Origin: a virus
Lineage: Duplodnaviria > Caudoviricetes
IMG/VR virus record: IMGVR_UViG_3300027808_000130
Span: 1 to 27,482 of that record
Length of the DNA: 27,482 bases
Strand: one strand, 5' to 3'
This document shows, one piece after another, positions 17,537 through 24,979 of this stretch (position 1 is its first letter; each line of letters starts with the position of its first letter). A program made the position numbers and the translations under genes. The notes under the pieces are model-generated. The model made no database searches, was not told the origin of the DNA, and was given only the letters and a program-made list of their open reading frames with translations.

Positions 17537-17695
17537 TTAAATTGAGTTTAATAGGTTAAGTTGGTGCTCCAACCACTTTAATCTAAACATAGATACTTTC
17601 CAATTTTCACTATCTACGTGTAGTTTTACAATCTGCTTGTAGGTTTTATCTATCTCTTTACGAAGATATGATTTAAGTTGATACATACTGTTCAT
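17537..17695 (-). CDS. Hypothetical 52 aa protein (not in ORF track)
   Basis: MNSMYQLKSYLRKEIDKTYKQIVKLHVDSENWKVSMFRLKWLEHQLNLLNSI. Confidence 0.7.
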   Translation of the reverse strand: MNSMYQLKSYLRKEIDKTYKQIVKLHVDSENWKVSMFRLKWLEHQLNLLNSI

Positions 17696-17702
17696 AACTG
17701 AT

Positions 17703-17891
17703 TTATTTAATTGTTTGTAATTGATTTTTTAGATTTGATATGATTGTTCTTTTGATATGATAATACTCTAAATCATACTTTTGAACTTGTGTGAGTTTTA
17801 CTCCACTACTTTTTAGTTCTTGTAATTCTTGAATATTGATAATAGCGTTATCAATACACGATTGTAAAAATTCACTTTGTTTCTTGTTCAT
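17703..17891 (-). CDS. Hypothetical protein
   Basis: 62 aa; leader AAAACAGTT-ATG resembles that of its neighbour. Confidence 0.65.
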   Translation of the reverse strand: MNKKQSEFLQSCIDNAIINIQELQELKSSGVKLTQVQKYDLEYYHIKRTIISNLKNQLQTIK

Positions 17892-17913
17892 AACTGTTTT
17901 TTTTATTGTTTAA

Positions 17914-18147
17914 TTATTTTGTACCATAGTAAGATAAAGTAAAATCAATAGCATCATCCACATTTGATTGTGGTTTTGAGTTTTTTAAGAACACATAGTG
18001 AACAAAACTTAATGTTTGGAAATCAAACATAGTTTTATCATTTTTTACTTTGTTAAAAGCTGTAGTTAGCTTTTCATCATTTTGATTAACGAATTCTTTT
18101 AATTCATTAATAGTTTCAATTTTCATTGTTGTAATATCAAAATTCAT
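17914..18147 (-). CDS. Hypothetical protein
   Basis: 77 aa; first gene after cassette 3. Confidence 0.65.
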   Translation of the reverse strand: MNFDITTMKIETINELKEFVNQNDEKLTTAFNKVKNDKTMFDFQTLSFVHYVFLKNSKPQSNVDDAIDFTLSYYGTK

Positions 18148-18188
18148 AACTTTTATTCGGTTACCTAATTACACCGAAAGGTTTTATT

Positions 18189-18451
18189 TGTTAAGTTGAA
18201 GAATACCCTCAACCTTTTACTATACAACATTACGAGCTTTTTCTCACAATTCCAAATTATTTTGGAACTATTTTTAATAAAGTTATACACATTTTTATAA
18301 CGTGTTGATACACAATAACTTATAGTTTATGGTTATTTTTAAGGTATAACTGGTTAATTATCAGTAAGTTAAGCATAACGTGTTGATTATTAATGAGTTA
18401 TGAAAAAGTACCCTAAAAATTAGGTAGTTACAGTAAAAAGGTGTATCTTTG
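18189..18451. promoter_or_regulatory. Divergent promoter region (cassette copy 3) with three degenerate palindromes
   Basis: Minus strand TTTG(18253-56)-N20-TAATGTTG(18225-32); plus strand TATCTTTG at 18444-51; palindrome cores at 18305, 18354 and 18383; hairpin 18195-18213. Confidence 0.7.
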
Positions 18452-18472
18452 GGTATAACCAAATAATAAAAA

Positions 18473-18688
18473 ATGGCAAATTTAAACAAAACAATTGAAG
18501 AATTACTACAAAACTATTCTCTTACAGAATTAGTAGAATTATCTCCAGAATTTAGAAAATCAATATTTGATGCTAATAAAGCAGATATTATGAAATGGTT
18601 TGGAATATCTCTATCAGATGCTACCAAAATTAAAAATCATGCTACTACTTGTTTAGCAGACATGGAAATAAAAAAGACCCTCAATTAG
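18473..18688 (+). CDS. Small helical protein, possible helix-hairpin-helix
   Basis: 71 aa with a perfect -7 box upstream; DIMKWFGISLSDATKIK. Confidence 0.65.
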   Translation: MANLNKTIEELLQNYSLTELVELSPEFRKSIFDANKADIMKWFGISLSDATKIKNHATTCLADMEIKKTLN

Positions 18689-18696
18689 AGGGTCTT
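18670..18696 (-). terminator. Intrinsic terminator between convergent genes
   Basis: 9-bp stem AAGACCCTC/GAGGGTCTT with a T tract on the minus strand. Confidence 0.8.
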
Positions 18697-18748
18697 ATAG
18701 GGGATAGGAAATATATAAATGGCAATTTAGAATAGATAAATCCCCTAT
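18670..18748 (-). ncRNA. Candidate structured 3' RNA with anti-start-codon loop
   Basis: Stem ATAGGGGAT/ATCCCCTAT; loop contains AATTGCCATTTATATATT; abuts the terminator. Confidence 0.45.
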
Positions 18749-18753
18749 TTAGT

Positions 18754-19074
18754 TTAATCTTTTATAGGTACACAATTTGGTACTTCTCTACCATCTAGTG
18801 TCTTAGTTCCAATTTGTTCGTACCCATCCCAGCATGGACCATCTTCCCCTTCAGGTGCTAAATTTATTCCTTCGTATTTTTTATCAAAGTTTAATTTAGA
18901 TTGTACTCTACTTTGTAAATCTGAAAACTTTTGTTTACTAAGTTCTTTTCTTTCATAAGTAGAAATACAAATGGCCACTGCTTGGTCTTGTTCATACTCA
19001 CCTTTAATTTCACTCATACAACGCCCCACATAATCGTTTTGGGTTTCTGCTGCAGTTGGTTTTGGTATTGGCAT
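18754..19074 (-). CDS. Small two-motif phage protein
   Basis: MPIPKP...RCM...QAVAIC and CWDGYEQIG...VPNCVP motifs. Confidence 0.75.
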   Translation of the reverse strand: MPIPKPTAAETQNDYVGRCMSEIKGEYEQDQAVAICISTYERKELSKQKFSDLQSRVQSKLNFDKKYEGINLAPEGEDGPCWDGYEQIGTKTLDGREVPNCVPIKD

Positions 19075-19127
19075 ATTATTTGGTATTTTTATAATTTTTT
19101 CCTAGCTTGTCTAAATTAGGAATTAAT

Positions 19128-19159
19128 TTTGTTTTTATGAGATATTATTCGTATCTTTA
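19128..19159 (+). promoter_or_regulatory. Bacteroidota-type promoter
   Basis: TTTG-N20-TATCTTTA upstream of ATG 19212. Confidence 0.7.
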
Positions 19160-19211
19160 CAGTCTAACAACTGAATTACAATTTGTTATAATAGTAATAA
19201 ACAAAGTTACA

Positions 19212-20075
19212 ATGCCAAAGAAAAAGAATCCATCTAATAATTACTTCCATTCGGGTGTGGAAGAAGCGATTCAATTATATAATAAAGCAGAAACTCAAGA
19301 AGAAAGAGATAGGTTATTTCGTATAATCTACCCAGCTATCTATAAAATTTCTGAAGTAATGTATAATAAAATTAAACCAACTTATATTGAAGGTGAGTCA
19401 TTAGAAATTATGATGGATTGTACTTGCTATCTTACTGAAAGATTACATAGAATTAGAGAAGGTAAAGGTAAAGCATTTAGTTATTTCACAATATGTGCTA
19501 AAAACTATTATATATTTCACAATCAGAAAGCATATAAGGAAATACAAAAAACTCTTAAGTTAGATGTATTAAATGAAAATTGGGATATAGCTGATATAGA
19601 TACAGGTAGAGTAGAACAAATGGAACAATCAGCTAAATTACTATCCGCATTCGTAGATTATATAGATGAGAATAAGGAAAGGTTTATTAATACTAAGAAA
19701 GGAAATATAGTAGTAGCTGCGGTTATTGATTTATTACGTGATGTGGATTCTATTAAAGATTTCAATCGTAGAAATATAATGAATGACTTAACTGAAATAA
19801 ATGGATATACAGTTGATAGACATTATATCACAAAAGTATTTAATAGATTACAAATGCACTTTGGGGTATTTAGTAGGGAATGGATTAAAACAGGTAAAGC
19901 AATTCCTTTTTGGGAGAAAGATAGATTAACTGCAGAAGAAGTAAAATTTTGTATAGAAAATTACACACCAAATAAAGGTGGACTTAGTATTGTTGGATTA
20001 TCTAAAAAGTTCCATGTAGAGGAATATACAATAAGAAAAGAATTATATACAGTTGGTTTAGCCGCTTATATTTAA
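19212..20075 (+). CDS. Sigma-factor-like protein (287 aa)
   Basis: Region-2-like GKAFSYFTICAKNY and a C-terminal HTH, LSIVGLSKKFHVEEYTIRKEL; start moved to ATG 19212, downstream of the promoter. Confidence 0.5.
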   Translation: MPKKKNPSNNYFHSGVEEAIQLYNKAETQEERDRLFRIIYPAIYKISEVMYNKIKPTYIEGESLEIMMDCTCYLTERLHRIREGKGKAFSYFTICAKNYYIFHNQKAYKEIQKTLKLDVLNENWDIADIDTGRVEQMEQSAKLLSAFVDYIDENKERFINTKKGNIVVAAVIDLLRDVDSIKDFNRRNIMNDLTEINGYTVDRHYITKVFNRLQMHFGVFSREWIKTGKAIPFWEKDRLTAEEVKFCIENYTPNKGGLSIVGLSKKFHVEEYTIRKELYTVGLAAYI

Positions 20076-20392
20076 ATGATATCGTACTTAACTCCATCCT
20101 GCTCAAAGGCAGTTATTAAATCATATACAAAAGTTCTATAAGCTCCTTTATTCATATCATAGAATATCATATATCCAAAAGCGTTATAGTTGTATGGAAC
20201 GCCAGGTGAACGAGATGGACCTGCGAATGAAAACATTTCTCTTCCTGAATAGGTATCTCCTTCAATAGTTGTACCCCATATTTTAAATGGTTGGTTATAT
20301 TGTAAAGTTCTACTTCTAAGTGTTCTACGAGTAATGAAATTGGGTTTAGCAAATTCACTTAATAGTCTTTTATATACAGAAGTTATATTCAT
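20072..20392 (-). CDS. Hypothetical protein, possible SH3/WYL-like fold
   Basis: 106 aa; YMIFYDMNKGAYRTF; coupled to the protease stop. Confidence 0.6.
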   Translation of the reverse strand: MNITSVYKRLLSEFAKPNFITRRTLRSRTLQYNQPFKIWGTTIEGDTYSGREMFSFAGPSRSPGVPYNYNAFGYMIFYDMNKGAYRTFVYDLITAFEQDGVKYDII

Positions 20393-21927
20393 TATTTTGC
20401 TTTCGGATGTCCTTTAGGTAATAAATCAAAATCAGTATCGTACTTTGGATTCTCAGGTCTACCATTCTTTAATAGGTATAGATAAGCGTTTACTCTTGCG
20501 AATGCCCATTGAGAAGCTGATTTAACTAATGGTGAATGTGATGTATTGAATGCACCTAATCCTCTTTGGAATACTGATTTAAGTTGCCCTAATGTAGCTC
20601 TACCATTTTTAGTATTACTTTCTTTCTCATTAAATTCATCAACCTTACCTTGTAAAGTTTTCTCTTGCTCAACAGTTACCTTTGCACTCTTACCACTTGC
20701 ATCTCCTTTAGCACTACCTTCTCCCTTTGGGTCTTTGTTTGGTGTATCACTCTTAGGTGCTTTATCACTTTCTCTAATTCCACCTTTAGGTCCTACCTCT
20801 GCTAATGTTTGTGGTGCTATTGAACCAGATGCTGCTTGACCAGGGTATGTAGAATTAATTGATGGCTGCGCTTCTAAATCTTCTTTGTGATAAAGATATT
20901 CACTATCTTCAGTATGTACCTCACCAGTCATTAATCTACCTTCACTATCTTTATGTGTAGGGCCTTCATATAGTTTACCATCTTTTGTGTAATGTGGTAC
21001 TCCTACTTCACCTTCTTCTAATAAACCTAATTCTTTTAATTTATTTCTACTATATGATAATCCTGCTTTTCCTCCCCAGAGCAAAAACGAAATCGTCCCG
21101 CAAGCATTCATATCCGTTTCATCGTAATATACTTCTGCTCTACTAAGGTATGAATACATACGCTTCAGAGTGTCTATTGATATTGGCTCTCCCGCTTCTA
21201 GCTGTGCGCTTCTAACTTTACCCACTTGCGTGGCACATTTGTTACCATTCTTTTCGTTTAATTCTCTACCTCTTTTTGCATTTCCTTTAACCCCATCACC
21301 ATAATCGGATACAGATTCAAACATAGTTCTAATCTTAGTTAGTAGCATTGCCGCTTCATCTTCGTTTAAATCGCTTATCTCTTTAGTTAGGTACAATTCA
21401 TCCACTAATGCTGCAGATACCAAATTATGCCCAAATAAGCCCTCTATTGAGAATCCCTTAACCTCACCAGTCTTTACATAGTTATTCCAAATATCTTCGT
21501 TATCAACTTTGAAAGTACCCATCCAAGTACCCACAGGTACTGAAAGGCCGTATATAGCTGATTTGTCTTGCGTTGTACTTTCTACAACCCAGCTCTCAAC
21601 TAAAGTAACACCATCAATTTTTGCATTATGTTCTAATGTTGATTTGTCTGTGTATTTCTTTTTAAGATACATTTCAGATAACTTCTTAATAGTTTCTGGT
21701 TTAAAGAATACATGGTATGGTTTTCCTTCTCCATCCACTCTTAATATCTTTTTATCAGGTATTAGAATAGGGCCCATCAACAATTTCTTTTCATCATTTA
21801 CTGCTGCAAATTGTACTTTTTCTTTATCAAAAAATACAAAGTCCATTTCAATAGCTGGTTCTTCTACTAAACTAATAGCAAAAACCTCATCTATATTCTC
21901 ATCTTCTATTACTAATTCGTATATCAT
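20392..21927 (-). CDS. XkdF-like putative prohead serine protease with extra C-terminal domains
   Basis: AISLVEEPAIE, GPILIPDK, STLEH, VESW, GTWM and VKGFSIEG motifs. Confidence 0.8.
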   Translation of the reverse strand: MIYELVIEDENIDEVFAISLVEEPAIEMDFVFFDKEKVQFAAVNDEKKLLMGPILIPDKKILRVDGEGKPYHVFFKPETIKKLSEMYLKKKYTDKSTLEHNAKIDGVTLVESWVVESTTQDKSAIYGLSVPVGTWMGTFKVDNEDIWNNYVKTGEVKGFSIEGLFGHNLVSAALVDELYLTKEISDLNEDEAAMLLTKIRTMFESVSDYGDGVKGNAKRGRELNEKNGNKCATQVGKVRSAQLEAGEPISIDTLKRMYSYLSRAEVYYDETDMNACGTISFLLWGGKAGLSYSRNKLKELGLLEEGEVGVPHYTKDGKLYEGPTHKDSEGRLMTGEVHTEDSEYLYHKEDLEAQPSINSTYPGQAASGSIAPQTLAEVGPKGGIRESDKAPKSDTPNKDPKGEGSAKGDASGKSAKVTVEQEKTLQGKVDEFNEKESNTKNGRATLGQLKSVFQRGLGAFNTSHSPLVKSASQWAFARVNAYLYLLKNGRPENPKYDTDFDLLPKGHPKAK

Positions 21928-21933
21928 ATTATC

Positions 21934-21945
21934 TATTTAACAATT
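21934..21945 (-). promoter_or_regulatory. Putative late promoter motif AATTGTTAAATA
   Basis: Exact repeat filling most of a 20-nt intergenic gap. Confidence 0.5.
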
Positions 21946-21947
21946 AA

Positions 21948-24275
21948 TTATCCAATTGTACCACCACTAAAGGTAGCTGCTCTTGTTGTTCTTCTATCTA
22001 AAGCCTGTTGAGAAGTTACATCTCCACTCACCACATATGCCTTAATTGGGTTTCCAGATGCTTGAGCTAATGTACCTGCTATTTGTGAACCAGGTGTAGC
22101 TGGTGTTTGTGCTCCTGTTATAGTTGGTGCAGCTAATTTATTAATAGTTGGTGCTGTTGGTGCCGCTGGTGCAGATGATGATAATGTTGGTGCACTACCT
22201 CCACCATCAAACTTAACTTTATCAATATTCTTAATTTGTATAGCTGTTGATACTGCTAATGCAGCAGCGTTTATACCTTTTACAATAAAATCAAATGGTG
22301 ATGGTAATGTAGATGGTTGTGTTAAGATTTGTACTAAACCAGATGCTGCAGATAATAGAGCTGTTGCTTTTTGTAATTTCTTTCTCTTATTAAATGCTTC
22401 TTCTGATGTTTTAGCTTCTTCATCATATCCACTTGCTATTGCAGATGATAATCCACTCAATGCATCTAATGTAGCAGATATTACTCTACCAGTTGCTGCA
22501 AGTTCATCTTCATCTAATTGCTGTCTTAATTTAGAATACTTTTCTTTAATTGCAGTTTTCTCACCTTCAGTAATATCAATTTTAGCTAATTCTTTCTTTT
22601 CTTCCTCATCTAATATTGCTGCTCTACCTTCAAAGTATGCTTTAGTACCTGCTAATAAACCAGCATTTCTTAATTCTAATAATCTTAACTCATCATCAAT
22701 AACCTTAATATCTTTTTCGTTTTGTTTAAGTTTAGCATCATCATCAATTTTAGTTAAATCATTTTGTAATGCTGTAGCTAAATCTTTTCTTACTTGATTC
22801 TTTTCTTCCTCACCTTTCTTAATGAATTCTTTATCAGCTTCTAATGTTGCTAAATCCTGTTCGTATTTACTTTGTCTTTCTGCTTTAACTCTTTCTTTCT
22901 CATTAAGGATAGCAGATATTCTTATATCATTAATTCTATTATCAAATTCTTTAACCTTAGTTGCTTGTTCTTCTTTCTTATCTAAATCTTCTTTATCGTA
23001 TTTAGATTCTATATTTTGTACATCAATACGATTTGCTTCCTTAGCAGCTTTAATTTTATCACCAAATTCAGTTTCAATTGAAGTTATATCTTTAACTCCT
23101 TTCTCTCTTGCTTCTTTTATTCTAACATTCTTAGCTGCTTCTAATGTATCAATATCTTCTGATAATTTGATTCCTCTTTCGTATATCTCTTTATCTCTAT
23201 TAGTTAGTGTAGTTAAATAATTTTCTACTTCTACCTTTTGTGCTGCATCAATTAGTTTCTTTCTTTCTTCTAATTCTTTAGCTTTAGCTGCATTTGCTTT
23301 ATCACCAGCTGCTTGTTGTTTAGAAAGTAAATCTTTATTATGTGTATCTGTTTCTTTATTTTCAGTTGCTCTATTATCATATCCTAATGATAGATAATTT
23401 GCATATGCATCTTTTGTAGCTGCTTGTTTCTTATTTAAATTTTCAGTTAATGCTTTAGCTCCATCTACATCTGCATCTTTTATTTTTGCATTATATGTTT
23501 TAACTGCTTCAACTTCTGCAGCTTGTGCTGCTGTATATGCATCATATGAACTCTTAAGTTGAAAATCTCTAATTTCTTTTTCACTAGCTCCTGCTGCTTT
23601 CATTTGAGATATACGAACTTTATTAGCTCTATCAAATGATGCTTTATTTAAATCTAATAATTCATTTTGTGATGCTAATGTTCTATTCAATGCATCTGCT
23701 GCCTGTTTAGCTTCTTCTTCACCACTAGCGAAATCTTTTATAAGTTCAATTAATGCTCCAACTGCTGCTAATATTAATCCAATACCTAATGCATTTAATG
23801 CTGCAGAAAACGCTCTAGCTGCTACCGTAGCTGTAGTTGCACTAATACCAACTGCTTGAAATGCTGTTGATAATCCTCTAGCAGTACTAGTATATGCTTT
23901 AGTAATACCTGTAAGTTTACCTAATCCTCTTGCTGCATCTGCTAAATCTTTTCCTAATTCAGTAAATGAAGCTTGTATATCAGTTAATTTTAATGCTCCA
24001 AATTGCTTTAATGTATTAACAGTAGAACTTAATGAATTACCTATATTTCCAATAGGACCAGGTAATTGTCCTAATACCTCTGTAAAGTTAGATGCTCCAG
24101 TCCTTGCAGACTTAATAGCATCTTCCATATCATTAATCTTTTGCTGTAAGTTTTTGAAATCATCAGAACCTGCTGCAGTATCTTTTAACTGTTTCTTTAA
24201 TTTCTTTAATTCTGCAATTGAGGGTTCGGTATCTATTTCTATTACCGCTTTGTAGGTTGATGTATTCTCTGCCAT
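21948..24275 (-). CDS. Tape-measure-like protein
   Basis: 775 aa Ala/Lys/Glu-rich helical protein with hydrophobic stretch ALGIGLILAAVGALI and C-terminal KAYVVSGDVTSQQ. Confidence 0.7.
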   Translation of the reverse strand: MAENTSTYKAVIEIDTEPSIAELKKLKKQLKDTAAGSDDFKNLQQKINDMEDAIKSARTGASNFTEVLGQLPGPIGNIGNSLSSTVNTLKQFGALKLTDIQASFTELGKDLADAARGLGKLTGITKAYTSTARGLSTAFQAVGISATTATVAARAFSAALNALGIGLILAAVGALIELIKDFASGEEEAKQAADALNRTLASQNELLDLNKASFDRANKVRISQMKAAGASEKEIRDFQLKSSYDAYTAAQAAEVEAVKTYNAKIKDADVDGAKALTENLNKKQAATKDAYANYLSLGYDNRATENKETDTHNKDLLSKQQAAGDKANAAKAKELEERKKLIDAAQKVEVENYLTTLTNRDKEIYERGIKLSEDIDTLEAAKNVRIKEAREKGVKDITSIETEFGDKIKAAKEANRIDVQNIESKYDKEDLDKKEEQATKVKEFDNRINDIRISAILNEKERVKAERQSKYEQDLATLEADKEFIKKGEEEKNQVRKDLATALQNDLTKIDDDAKLKQNEKDIKVIDDELRLLELRNAGLLAGTKAYFEGRAAILDEEEKKELAKIDITEGEKTAIKEKYSKLRQQLDEDELAATGRVISATLDALSGLSSAIASGYDEEAKTSEEAFNKRKKLQKATALLSAASGLVQILTQPSTLPSPFDFIVKGINAAALAVSTAIQIKNIDKVKFDGGGSAPTLSSSAPAAPTAPTINKLAAPTITGAQTPATPGSQIAGTLAQASGNPIKAYVVSGDVTSQQALDRRTTRAATFSGGTIG

Positions 24276-24277
24276 GG

Positions 24278-24427
24278 CTATTTTTTACTTTTCCAATTTC
24301 TTTTTATAATTTCCTTAACATCTTTCCAATTATTAGGTCTTTTATTAATACCTTTTGCAATATCAATATTCTTTGATATCCCATAATAATCTTCCATATT
24401 TAATAAATCAATTATACTCTTTATCAT
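24278..24427 (-). CDS. Hypothetical 49 aa basic protein (not in ORF track)
   Basis: MIKSIIDLLNMEDYYGISKNIDIAKGINKRPNNWKDVKEIIKRNWKSKK; fills the gap and stops 2 nt before the TMP ATG. Confidence 0.7.
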   Translation of the reverse strand: MIKSIIDLLNMEDYYGISKNIDIAKGINKRPNNWKDVKEIIKRNWKSKK

Positions 24428-24440
24428 ATTGTTATAACAT

Positions 24441-24968
24441 TTATTGGTTTACATTTAACGAACCCTCCAAAATAGGTCCTAATAATTGGATACTACACTC
24501 ACCCGTAGATAAATTGTAGTCATTGATTGCACGAAGGTGATAATCGTTGCCTCTAAATTCAACAATATCATTTAGCTCCATTTTAAAATAATCGGCTAAT
24601 GGAATGATAGCTGATGCATTCATTAATCTAGTTCTAGGATTATATAATAGGTTTACATATTTAGACCAATAATTTGAATATAATGAATCGGTAGGAACTT
24701 GCCCATACACTGCTTCTTCATTAAAAAATAATAAAGAATCTGAATTAGTTGTTGGGAATGAACCTGATACCACATTGTAATTATCAAAGTAAGGAAATTT
24801 TGTTTGTCCAAAAGAAACTCCACCAACTGCAGATGACCCGCTTTCTAAATACCATTCTTCAGAATCTATCAAACCATTATAAAATAATAATCTTGGTAAT
24901 ACTCTAGTAGGATTATAATTCTGGTCTGAAATGTAAGTTGGTATGTATATTGGTATAATTTGACTCAT
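24441..24968 (-). CDS. Tail/baseplate-associated protein (C-terminal-half-like)
   Basis: 175 aa; YWSKY...LNDIVEF...YNLSTGE; in the tail cluster. Confidence 0.6.
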   Translation of the reverse strand: MSQIIPIYIPTYISDQNYNPTRVLPRLLFYNGLIDSEEWYLESGSSAVGGVSFGQTKFPYFDNYNVVSGSFPTTNSDSLLFFNEEAVYGQVPTDSLYSNYWSKYVNLLYNPRTRLMNASAIIPLADYFKMELNDIVEFRGNDYHLRAINDYNLSTGECSIQLLGPILEGSLNVNQ

Positions 24969-24979
24969 AATATTTTATT

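Noticed and set aside
19107-19211. Track start at 19107 for the plus-strand gene
   Set aside because: The TTG lies upstream of the promoter at 19128-19159; ATG 19212 is preferred.
8497-23220. Plus-strand ORFs at 8497, 10665, 11001, 14709, 17377, 18931, 20546, 21509 and 22822 (also 842 and 3853), and the minus ORF at 20167
   Set aside because: They are antisense to or nested in better-supported genes or regulatory DNA, with no motifs or leaders.
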